From the IMG/VR virus record IMGVR_UViG_3300010150_000013, positions 1 to 64,000 of that record: DNA of 64,000 nt; one strand, 5' to 3'. A program made the translations under genes and the position numbers. The stretch's first letter is position 1; the number at the start of each line of letters is the position of its first letter. The notes under the pieces are model-generated. The model worked only from the letters and a program-made list of their open reading frames with translations. It made no database searches and had not been told where the DNA came from. This document shows positions 55,644 to 64,000 of this stretch, piece by piece. The stretch comes from an uncultured virus (IMG/VR IMGVR_UViG_3300010150_000013) (lineage: Duplodnaviria > Heunggongvirae > Uroviricota > Caudoviricetes).

Positions 55644-55994
55644 CTACACTTCAATAAGTTTTTCTACAGATCTGCTCTTTTTGAGCTGCTGGTATTCTTC
55701 GTAATATTCTAATGTTGATGTGATGTATCTATCGAGTATGATATCTTTAAATTCTGCAAGATCTTCAACCAATATAGGATTATCATTAATGTCAAGTAAT
55801 ACTACACCTTCAGTTCTATCTGCTGAAAGTAGCATTTGAACAAAGTTAATAAGCTCTCTATTGATTTTGAAAATTCCGCCGTTAACACCATAAGTTAATC
55901 TAGCGTCAATTTTTTCCTTTAGAGTTTTACGCTGTACAGCAAAAGTTTCTCTGTACTTGCTAAAATCCAAGGCTTGTTTTAATTGTTCTTCCAT
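55644..55994 (-). CDS. Hypothetical protein (first gene of glycosylation island)
   Basis: SD GGAGGA. TAAATA upstream. Confidence 0.75.
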   Translation of the reverse strand: MEEQLKQALDFSKYRETFAVQRKTLKEKIDARLTYGVNGGIFKINRELINFVQMLLSADRTEGVVLLDINDNPILVEDLAEFKDIILDRYITSTLEYYEEYQQLKKSRSVEKLIEV

Positions 55995-55997
55995 ATG

Positions 55998-56050
55998 TCC
56001 TCCAAGTTATAGTAGCACTTAATATTTATGCGCTGTACTACGGGGGAGGA
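55998..56050 (-). promoter_or_regulatory. SD-sequestering hairpin with late-promoter motif in its loop
   Basis: Minus strand: TCCTCC..TAGT(ac)AGCGC-aTAAATAttaa-GTGCT ACTA..GGAGGA cat ATG. Confidence 0.65.
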
Positions 56051-56052
56051 AA

Positions 56053-57081
56053 TTAACTGACTACGAATCCGCCTACAGTTACGGAAGGAGTTTGGATGTC
56101 AAATCCTTGTGATCCTGAAGGATAAAGATTGATGTTACCAACTGCTTTTCTGGTAACAGTTTGAAGATAAAGTGAAGCAGGGCCTACTAAATCAGGACCA
56201 TAAGTACCTGGTCCTTGTTGTGGAGTACCTGATGTTGATGGTCCACCTAATCCAACGTGATCGTCATTGTAAACTGCTGCCATTTCGAGTTGATACGCAG
56301 TACCACTTGAATTATCTAATACTCCAGGTGTTCTTGCATATAATCTATAATAGTTTGCATTGTAAGGACTACTTGCAATAGCTGTGTACCAAGGTGTGCT
56401 GTAAACGTTTGTACATCTAAAAAAGTTTCCATTATCATTTGGATTAACACCTGTTGCTGGTTGTTGTCCTCCAAACGACTGTGTACTTGCTGTCTGTAGT
56501 AAACTTCTCCAAGAAGCATCTTGATCTGAACCGCTAATACTGCTCAAACTACTTGTAAGTTGAATTTGTCCACCACTATTAAAATAATGTCTAGCATCTG
56601 CTGCTGTTGGCCAAGTAAAAGTAACTATTACTTGTGCAGAAGTTGACCATGTTCCTGTATATACTGCATTACTGTGTGCTGTACCTGATGCTACTGATGC
56701 TGGTGGTATAGTATATTTTGCAGCCTCAAGTGCAATAATTAAATCATTCCATCTTCTGTAAGGCTGTGTATTATATGTTGCGTCATTAGTAACAGTATTT
56801 GCTTTAATTTTTTGAGAAGTACTAATGTTATTAGGCCAACTTCCCCAATTAGTAGGAGGATTTGAACCATATATATGCCTGTAAGCATTATACATATCTG
56901 TAATTAATCTACCATATTCTTCTACAGACACCTTATCCGAAACACCAACACCTGAAGAGTTCATATATTGTCCCCATCCATATGTGGCATCACCGCCATC
57001 AGCAGGTCCCATCACTTGCTCAAGGCGAGTGTATAGCGCATTGTAGTCGTTTCTGCTAATTGTTGCGTGTACGGTTGTCAT
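56053..57081 (-). CDS. Virion structural protein (tail/baseplate associated)
   Basis: YGWGQ, ARHYFNSGG motifs. Paralogue of 57120-58022. Confidence 0.65.
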   Translation of the reverse strand: MTTVHATISRNDYNALYTRLEQVMGPADGGDATYGWGQYMNSSGVGVSDKVSVEEYGRLITDMYNAYRHIYGSNPPTNWGSWPNNISTSQKIKANTVTNDATYNTQPYRRWNDLIIALEAAKYTIPPASVASGTAHSNAVYTGTWSTSAQVIVTFTWPTAADARHYFNSGGQIQLTSSLSSISGSDQDASWRSLLQTASTQSFGGQQPATGVNPNDNGNFFRCTNVYSTPWYTAIASSPYNANYYRLYARTPGVLDNSSGTAYQLEMAAVYNDDHVGLGGPSTSGTPQQGPGTYGPDLVGPASLYLQTVTRKAVGNINLYPSGSQGFDIQTPSVTVGGFVVS

Positions 57082-57119
57082 ATAATATCCTTAACAGCAG
57101 TATTTACTACAACAAGTGT

Positions 57120-58022
57120 CTATGTTGCACTAATGCTGGTTCCAGAATACGATGGACTCGTAATAGAAAATGCAGCACCACTTGGTTGTAATGTTCCTGT
57201 AGCTTTTAATTCTTCTACATCAATACTAAGTGTGCCGTCGACTGAATCTCCTGGCGCAGGTGCACCTGGATCAACATAATTATCAGATAGTAAAACTTTA
57301 AAGTTAAACACTGAAGCTGTTCCTGCGGAATTACTTGCCACATCACACTTTGCTTGAATCTTGTAATTGTTGTTTGAGTATGGCGTACTGGCAGATAAGT
57401 TGTATAAATCTTGGTATGTATTAGTAAGCATGTATATGTTATTCAGCCCATCTGGTAATCTGCCGCCAATTGATTGCCTTCCTACAGTTGAAAGCAAACT
57501 TGTCCATGCACCGTTCTGTTGAGATGCTGTACCTAAACTTCTTCCTGTAGTAAATCTTAGTCTACTTCCAGAGTTCCAAAAATATCTTGCTTCGTTAGCA
57601 TTACTAAATGTTACAGTTAGCACGTATTCTGCACTTGTACTCCAAGCAGACGTATAACTTTTTGTATCTTTAATAGATGTTGTTAATAATCCAGCATCAC
57701 AATCAAATCTATCATTTCGACATTCGTCAGCAAGAGTGTTATATCCATTAAAAGGATCACTTGATGATGCTGTAATAGGATCACCAATAGCAGCAATAGT
57801 TGCTGCTGGTACTACACCGTTTTGATGAAAGTAAGCATTTACAATGTCAAATCTTATTGCATCAAAGTGTGACTTTAATACTGTTTGACCTGAAATAACT
57901 GTTGTGCTATTAACTGTTTGTCCGTATCCAAACGTTCCAACGCCGGTACCCATGACTTCAGCAATCTTGTTTCGCAGGCTGTTGAGGTCTGTTGATAGGA
58001 TCTGTGCGCCTGTTGTTACCAT
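57120..58022 (-). CDS. Virion structural protein (tail/baseplate associated)
   Basis: FGYGQ, ARYFWNSGS motifs. Confidence 0.65.
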   Translation of the reverse strand: MVTTGAQILSTDLNSLRNKIAEVMGTGVGTFGYGQTVNSTTVISGQTVLKSHFDAIRFDIVNAYFHQNGVVPAATIAAIGDPITASSSDPFNGYNTLADECRNDRFDCDAGLLTTSIKDTKSYTSAWSTSAEYVLTVTFSNANEARYFWNSGSRLRFTTGRSLGTASQQNGAWTSLLSTVGRQSIGGRLPDGLNNIYMLTNTYQDLYNLSASTPYSNNNYKIQAKCDVASNSAGTASVFNFKVLLSDNYVDPGAPAPGDSVDGTLSIDVEELKATGTLQPSGAAFSITSPSYSGTSISAT

Positions 58023-59785
58023 TATAATACTACCGCTTCAATAACTTTTGTTCCTGAATTTGAATTGCTTTCTATTGCAATTGCAAACACGTCTGCATGA
58101 CTGTCAGCTTTTGTAGCATAACCTTCCGCAGCAGCAACTAATCTATCTCCTTTAGCAATAGCGCCGAGCACCTTAACTGGTACACGCCCTTTAAGTGCAA
58201 TATATGTTCCACCTTCTAACCATGAGTTCATCATAAACGCAGGCTGTTCTGAAACAACACCTAACGCTCTATCGCCTTCACTACATGCAGTAACTTCTGC
58301 GTTTCCGCCAACTGATACAACTGTACCAGGCTCATATTCTGCGTCTGCTAAATATTTCTCTGCTAAGTCAGCATATCTAGCTGCGGTTGCTGTACCTTGG
58401 AATAAGTTAGCAATTAAATCACCGCTTGAGTTTCTAGCAGCAATAGTATTTGCTGTCGCTGTTGTTTTAGCAGTTTTGTAATTAGGATCACTATCTGTTG
58501 CACTGTCATCAATTTTAATTCTATCTGCAAAAGTTGCTGTACCGTTAAAAGTATTTGCAAAAATTACACCTGACGAATCTCTAACAACAATACTATTTCC
58601 TGAAGCAGGAACTGAAACAGATGGTGTAATACCATTCAATGCACTAGCGTCTGATGCTGTACCAGTCAAGTTACCTTGTACTGATCCAAACAATGTACCG
58701 TAAATGTTTGCACCTACGTAACCAATGTTTTTAGTTGCACCGTCAACCATTACAGTTGAATCGTTAGCAAGTAAACTACCTTGTGTGTTACCTGTAACAT
58801 TACCTGTTACATTACCTGTTAAAGGTCCTGTAAATGCATCAGCATGTACTGACGACCAAGCAAATTGTGCTGTACCTAAAGTAAACGAACTATCAATACC
58901 TGGAATAACACCTGCTGCGGTAATATCCATAATATTTTTTCTAGTTGAGCCGCCATCATTAACAATGAACTGCATAGGATTACCAAGAACACTTTCAAAA
59001 ACAATTTCGTCATCGTTTTCAACTCTTAATCTAAAGTCGCTTTGGTCACCTACTTTGTATCCTGAATCTTGGAAGTTAATTTCTTGGTTAAAAGTAATAC
59101 TTCCTTTTTGTAAATATTCTGAAGCATCAATGCCGCCTAACTTTAATGCGTTAGATGAAGTTCCCCAGTATACATAATCGTCTGATGTAACACCGTTGGC
59201 ATCTGCTTTAGCCATTGTAATACCTTTCTTGATCACTGTAAAGTCATCAATAGGGTTCAATGAACTGTTTAATGTAAATTCTGTTTGTGAAATAACTGCA
59301 ACTGTTTTACCACCTGCATTAATTTTTAAAATTGAATGGTTTGTATTACCTGTGTCTTTAACAACTTGTGCAATTGCTCCACTAGCACCAAGATCTGGTG
59401 ATGCTTCAGGTCCTACAAGTACAAACTCTCCACCTGACCATGCATATAACTGCTTTGCAGATGTGTCCCACCAAAGCTCACCTACTCCTAAACCTGACGG
59501 AGCAACCGATGCTACTTCAGCACCGTTGGTTGTTTTCCATTGTGAACCATCATAGAACTTAATTTTCTTGTTTGATGCGTCAAACCATAGTTGACCTGTA
59601 ACTGCTTTTGGAGGAGCAGTAGTATTTGCAAAGTTTTCTAGTAAATGTAAGAAGTTTTCATTCTGTACTTCACCGTATCCTGCGTAGTTTTTACCAACGA
59701 AACGTATATCCGTAGTGGTATCAATAGTTCCGTCTTCTACTGACGTTAAAAATGTTCCGTTAAATTTATCTACTTGGTATGCCAT
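58022..59785 (-). CDS. Tail fibre with C-terminal intramolecular chaperone-like domain
   Basis: GKNYAGYGEVQNENFLHLLENFA N-terminus, GQLWFD, TGNVTG repeats. YADLAEKY...GVVS..PAFMMN...ALKGRVPVKV C-terminus. Confidence 0.8.
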   Translation of the reverse strand: MAYQVDKFNGTFLTSVEDGTIDTTTDIRFVGKNYAGYGEVQNENFLHLLENFANTTAPPKAVTGQLWFDASNKKIKFYDGSQWKTTNGAEVASVAPSGLGVGELWWDTSAKQLYAWSGGEFVLVGPEASPDLGASGAIAQVVKDTGNTNHSILKINAGGKTVAVISQTEFTLNSSLNPIDDFTVIKKGITMAKADANGVTSDDYVYWGTSSNALKLGGIDASEYLQKGSITFNQEINFQDSGYKVGDQSDFRLRVENDDEIVFESVLGNPMQFIVNDGGSTRKNIMDITAAGVIPGIDSSFTLGTAQFAWSSVHADAFTGPLTGNVTGNVTGNTQGSLLANDSTVMVDGATKNIGYVGANIYGTLFGSVQGNLTGTASDASALNGITPSVSVPASGNSIVVRDSSGVIFANTFNGTATFADRIKIDDSATDSDPNYKTAKTTATANTIAARNSSGDLIANLFQGTATAARYADLAEKYLADAEYEPGTVVSVGGNAEVTACSEGDRALGVVSEQPAFMMNSWLEGGTYIALKGRVPVKVLGAIAKGDRLVAAAEGYATKADSHADVFAIAIESNSNSGTKVIEAVVL

Positions 59786-59825
59786 GTGTGTTTTCTTCCT
59801 AGTTTACTGTTGTATTTATCTACCT

Positions 59826-60266
59826 TTACTCGTCTTCTGGTGGTAACGGTTTAGGGTAAAAACTGTATACACCTGGTTGATCTTTGTACGTTTGAACAGC
59901 ATTATTATGGTTATTAACCTTCTGCTTAACGTAGTTACGCATAGCAACAAAGTCATCTGTAAGCGGAATACCTGCGTTTTCTAAGCATTCTGCAATGATA
60001 TTAAGCTGCTTATGCACGGGATACTTAACAAGAATCTGCTTGTTTACTACTTCGTCAATTGCTACTTCTTCAATTAACGGTATATCATTAAGAGATCTTA
60101 CTTCTCCACTAGCATAATCGCCCCACCAATATTCATTTGCGTCATCTAAATCAATAACTTTATGAGGTACGCCTTGCTCAGTAAGTCTTTCAGCAAACTC
60201 GCTATTATAGTCCTGGGATGAGATCACTCTTGATCTATCAGCACTAAAAATAATAATGTTTTTCAT
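59826..60266 (-). CDS. Hypothetical (possible fibre assembly) protein
   Basis: Between fibre genes. KYPVHKQLN motif. Confidence 0.55.
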   Translation of the reverse strand: MKNIIIFSADRSRVISSQDYNSEFAERLTEQGVPHKVIDLDDANEYWWGDYASGEVRSLNDIPLIEEVAIDEVVNKQILVKYPVHKQLNIIAECLENAGIPLTDDFVAMRNYVKQKVNNHNNAVQTYKDQPGVYSFYPKPLPPEDE

Positions 60267-60757
60267 CTAGTTCTTCCCCAACTTAATGCAAGACTTATCT
60301 TCGGTCTTTCATTTTGTTTAATTTCTGTTACTTCGTGTTCTAAGTTCACAGGCATATCAATTAACATACCTGGGCCTTCATCTACTAAATTTCCTTTGCC
60401 TTGTTCATCGTACCAACAAAAGTGCGGAGCATCAGCTCTTAAAAATATTAGTTTAAACTTCCAATACCCGCCTGCACTATCTCTATGCCTTTTAAGATAA
60501 TCACCTGGATCATATTTGTTAATACAAAAACTATCACAAGTTCTATCTTCTTCTGGAATTGATTCTGTAATCAACTCCTTTAATTCTTTTGGCATGTTCC
60601 AACGGAACATACTTTTTAACTTACTTTCACCATAGGCAGTTACAAAATTAAATTCTTCTCCTGGCTGCCTAATAAAAAAACTGTCTTCGTTTGCCTCTAC
60701 TAATTCTACTATCTCGTCAACGTTCTTACAATAGTCCGGTACTAACTTTACTGTCAT
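60263..60757 (-). CDS. 2OG-Fe(II) oxygenase (prolyl-hydroxylase-like)
   Basis: NKYDPGDYLKRHRD (HxD), HEVTEI, ERPKISL. TAATG-coupled to fibre gene. Confidence 0.7.
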   Translation of the reverse strand: MTVKLVPDYCKNVDEIVELVEANEDSFFIRQPGEEFNFVTAYGESKLKSMFRWNMPKELKELITESIPEEDRTCDSFCINKYDPGDYLKRHRDSAGGYWKFKLIFLRADAPHFCWYDEQGKGNLVDEGPGMLIDMPVNLEHEVTEIKQNERPKISLALSWGRTR

Positions 60758-62988
60758 TATACATATGACCAAGTACCAGTGTAACTCCAGTTACTACCGT
60801 TTGAACTATAAGTCAACTTGTAACCAGTATTACTATTATAAAGTGTAGTTGAAGTACTAACACTAGCAGTAGCCCATCTGTATGCTAAAATCCATCTACC
60901 AGCACTAAAACTAGAACTTGAACCTGCATATATGTTATTAATTATCAATTCAAAGTTTAGTCCACTTGCTTGACTTGCAGGAAGATATGCTTCAATTAAA
61001 TCAATATACTGCGCATCTGGTGAACTTGTGTTTGGTGCAGGTGAGCTAATAACAAGTTGTCTTGTATTTGCTGATGCAACAACATTTTGTACAAACTCAG
61101 TAGTAGCAATAAACGTTGAACTGTCTGCGTTTGCTCTAGTTATACTATGCGTTGCATTGTCTGCACTGTTTGCGTTTGCTGCTTGTGTTGCATTAACTGC
61201 TGATGTTGCTGTACTTGCTGTTGTAGCCGTTGCAGCATTACCATTTAAGTCTGCTTGAATAACATTTGCACTAAAGTCTCCATTAGCATCTCTTGCTACA
61301 ACTTTATTTGCTGTAGGCAAGTTAGTTGCATCAACATCAAATGTTGTGTTTGTAATACCGTCATAAACTAAACCAGTTAAGTAGTTGCCTGGTGTTAGGT
61401 TTGAAAATGCTATTGTATCCCATACAGGTTGTCCAGCACCAGTTGACTTTAAAAACTTGCCTGCTGTACCCGATGGTATATGTGCTGTTGAACCAGAAGC
61501 AGTTTGGTAAGGTATAGTTCCACCTGCACCGCCTGCAATGTTAGTTGCTGTTGTTGCTGATGTTGCATTACCTGTAACTGCACCTGTTAAGTCACCGTAA
61601 AATTTTTCTGAATATGTATCTTTATATCTTAACGCACTTGAACCAAGGTCAAGTACTACATCTGTGTTCGGAAGCAGTCCTGCTTTTGCGCTAGGAGATC
61701 TTGTAGGTCCAAATAAATCAAGTTGATAATCTACACCTTCTGTTGCTGCTAAACTAATTTGATTTGCTGCTTTTATTTCTGTAGAATTAATTGTTCCGTC
61801 AATAGTTAAGTTTGAACCAACTGTAATATTTCCAGCAACACCTAAAGATGTTAATGTTCCTAAACTTGTTAGTGCTGAACTAGTAACAGTATTATGTAAG
61901 TTTGTACCTGTTAGTGTGTTAGCATCTGCTGTAACTGTTATATCTGCTGTGCCGTCAAACCCAACTCCATTAATATTTGCTGGTGTTGATAATCTTTGTG
62001 CTGCGGCTGCTGTTCCACTTAGTGTTGCACCAATAAAGTTTGCTGCTGTTACACTTCCTGTAAATGATCCTGTCTCTCCTGTAATGTTACCTGTAACATT
62101 ACCAACTAAATCTGAAGTAATTTGATTTGCTACAAAGTTACCTGTAGTATCTCTTGATACAATTTTACCAATTTGATTTAAATGTGTAGCATCAACTGAC
62201 CATGTAGTAGGATTACCACCATCAAAATCTGTTCCTACTAAAAATTCTCCTGCAACTAAACTGTTAGGTGTTTGTGCTGTAATTGTAAGATTTTCTGAAC
62301 CGTCAAATGCAACACCGTTAACTAATATAGGTGAATTAAGTCTTATTGCTTTATCTGCAACACCCTGTAATGTTCCCATTACTTTTGCCATTGCATTTAA
62401 ATTAATACCTGTAATTAATTCTGAAAATCCGCTTACTTCATTACTTGGATCAATAGTAAATGCATTTGAAGATACAATACCTATTGTAACACCATTTACT
62501 TTAAGTTCAATTACTGGATATGTTGATCCATTAGTTGCTAGTAACGTTGTTGTTACTGCTCTAGTTGGTAAGTAGCCGTCTGCTGTTTCAGGTCCAATTT
62601 TAATCCAGTTAGATCCATCATATACATGCAGTGAAGGATCAGCTGGTGCGTTTGCAGTTGTTTCATTCTTTAACCAAAATGTTCCAAGAGCTGGAGTTAC
62701 TGGAGCAGTAGGACTTACATTTGCAGAACCAACTTCAACCCAATTCTCTCCATCATAAACTTTTAATATACTGTTTGTTGTATCAAACCAAACTTGCCCT
62801 GTAATAGGAGTTCCTGGTGCAGAAATATTTGCAAAGTTTTCTAATAAGAATAAAAAGTTTTCGTTTTGAATTTCACCATAGCCAACATAATTTCTACCAA
62901 CAAAAGATAAACTAGTGGTTGAGTCAACTGCTGCGTCTTGTAATACTACAAGTTGAGTTCCGTCAGTTTTGTTAATTACATAAGCCAT
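60757..62988 (-). CDS. Tail fibre protein
   Basis: GRNYVGYGEIQNENFLFLLENFA, INGVGFDGTADIT repeats, KIVSRD/VVARD repeats. Confidence 0.8.
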   Translation of the reverse strand: MAYVINKTDGTQLVVLQDAAVDSTTSLSFVGRNYVGYGEIQNENFLFLLENFANISAPGTPITGQVWFDTTNSILKVYDGENWVEVGSANVSPTAPVTPALGTFWLKNETTANAPADPSLHVYDGSNWIKIGPETADGYLPTRAVTTTLLATNGSTYPVIELKVNGVTIGIVSSNAFTIDPSNEVSGFSELITGINLNAMAKVMGTLQGVADKAIRLNSPILVNGVAFDGSENLTITAQTPNSLVAGEFLVGTDFDGGNPTTWSVDATHLNQIGKIVSRDTTGNFVANQITSDLVGNVTGNITGETGSFTGSVTAANFIGATLSGTAAAAQRLSTPANINGVGFDGTADITVTADANTLTGTNLHNTVTSSALTSLGTLTSLGVAGNITVGSNLTIDGTINSTEIKAANQISLAATEGVDYQLDLFGPTRSPSAKAGLLPNTDVVLDLGSSALRYKDTYSEKFYGDLTGAVTGNATSATTATNIAGGAGGTIPYQTASGSTAHIPSGTAGKFLKSTGAGQPVWDTIAFSNLTPGNYLTGLVYDGITNTTFDVDATNLPTANKVVARDANGDFSANVIQADLNGNAATATTASTATSAVNATQAANANSADNATHSITRANADSSTFIATTEFVQNVVASANTRQLVISSPAPNTSSPDAQYIDLIEAYLPASQASGLNFELIINNIYAGSSSSFSAGRWILAYRWATASVSTSTTLYNSNTGYKLTYSSNGSNWSYTGTWSYV

Positions 62989-63009
62989 TTATACGCTCCT
63001 ATTTTCATC

Positions 63010-63999
63010 TTATGGTAATACCTCATCTGAAACGTGTGTCCAGTTACCTGACAACAACTGGAATACTTTAATAATTCTAGATGTTGTAATACCAGCTGCT
63101 GGTATAGATGCAATGGCTCCGTTTACTGCTGTAACAGCAGGTGCTGTTCCTGAAGGTGTATTAAATGTGTCTGTTGAAATACTAATTTCAGGTGCTAAAT
63201 TAAAGTTAACTGTTGAGTTACTTAATAGTGTAACAAGAATTCTTGCAAAAGTACCGGATCTGTATTCAGCCGGTGGAGCCAACTTGGCTAAAATCTCTGA
63301 TGCAATATAACTGTTTGGTTTACCATCTGATAAGTCCATGCTAAATGCTAATGATCTAGTTTGTGCAATATCATCAACGTATTCTTTTGTTGCAGCATCT
63401 TGTGCTGTTGTAGGATCAGCAAGTCCTGTAATTTTTGGACTACCTATTAATGCAATGTTACCTGAACCGTGTGCTTCTAATTGAATATCATCATTGTTAT
63501 CAAGCGTTGAAATCTTTTGATTCTCAAGTCTTAATTGTGCTACTGGAGGTAATCCAGGACCAATGTTAACAACGTTCTGAGCACCAAAGGCTGTAACACC
63601 TGGAATACTTGTAATACCTGTACCTAACGAAGTTCCACTTAGTACTGTTACTCCGTTAATCTTAAATTCTTTACCTGTTGCTAGGTTAATGTGTTCTGAA
63701 CTTGTAAACGCTTGTGAAGCCAGTGCAGGATATTCTGCTGTTGCGCCTAAGCCGTCTTTACTATATAAAATTGCTTTGTCAGTAGTACCTTTAATTACTA
63801 GTCCACCGCCATCTGCAATTTCATCTGAGTTAGATCCACTGTCGCCTGTTTGTGCAAGAACAATGTATTTGTCCTCAACAACTAATTCTGTTTGTCTAAT
63901 TGTAGCAAGGTCACCGTCATTAATAACAAGGTTACCTCTAATAGTAAGGTCGCCTGCTAGTTCCATGCTACCACCAGTCTTAACTATACTATCTGGTGC
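63010..63999 (-). CDS. Tail fibre-like protein, 5' truncated by window edge
   Basis: Frame open to window end. VEDKYIVL..ADGGG, ITGLADPTTAQDAATKEYVD motifs. Confidence 0.75.
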   Translation of the reverse strand, partial: APDSIVKTGGSMELAGDLTIRGNLVINDGDLATIRQTELVVEDKYIVLAQTGDSGSNSDEIADGGGLVIKGTTDKAILYSKDGLGATAEYPALASQAFTSSEHINLATGKEFKINGVTVLSGTSLGTGITSIPGVTAFGAQNVVNIGPGLPPVAQLRLENQKISTLDNNDDIQLEAHGSGNIALIGSPKITGLADPTTAQDAATKEYVDDIAQTRSLAFSMDLSDGKPNSYIASEILAKLAPPAEYRSGTFARILVTLLSNSTVNFNLAPEISISTDTFNTPSGTAPAVTAVNGAIASIPAAGITTSRIIKVFQLLSGNWTHVSDEVLP

Positions 64000-64000
64000 G

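Noticed and set aside
535..63310. Numerous short antisense or alternate-frame ORFs in the track (e.g. 535-804, 13749-14126, 18483-18815, 29274-29696, 58725-59177)
   Set aside because: They lie wholly within well-supported genes, lack SD or motifs, and look like shadow ORFs from codon bias.
1..64000. tRNA/rRNA genes, integrase, transposase, homing endonuclease, alternative genetic code
   Set aside because: No cloverleaf or relevant motifs were seen by eye in the few intergenic gaps. TAA, TAG and TGA all terminate full-length genes. tRNAscan/Infernal would be needed to exclude RNAs formally.

Overview
AT-rich 64 kb segment of a large T4-like (myovirus-type) dsDNA bacteriophage. The host is probably Gram-negative, since spanins are present, and the auxiliary gene set resembles aquatic phages. 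Genes run mostly on + from 1 to about 43.7 kb and on - from about 43.8 kb to the end, converging on a strong intrinsic terminator. Modules in order: tail fibre and baseplate genes; a stand-alone DnaE-like fragment, flavin halogenase, GroES, MazG, clamp loader, 2OG oxygenase, ferredoxin and PhoH; a lysis cassette (GH19 endolysin, spanins, holin-like proteins) containing an ACP-like protein without the conserved Ser; DnaJ-Def-ClpA; a block of probable capsid-internal proteins with protease-site-like motifs, ending in an A9/A-AAA-AAG site that opens a Cys-rich extension; a family-B DNA polymerase broken by a 1-nt frameshift, and a sliding clamp; a 7-deazaguanine DNA-modification cluster (DpdA-like, T-fold HRH protein, glycosyltransferase, FolE, PRTase, MBD4-like glycosylase, HIT, QueE) with no QueC or canonical QueD in the window; RNase H; and a minus-strand glycosylation/radical-SAM island downstream of tail genes. 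Regulatory signals include near-consensus sigma70 promoters, a TAAATA late-promoter-like motif often exactly 5 nt before an SD-less ATG, and several RNA hairpins at translation starts. No tRNA, rRNA, CRISPR array or mobile element was recognised. All product calls come from motif recognition by eye, not database searches.
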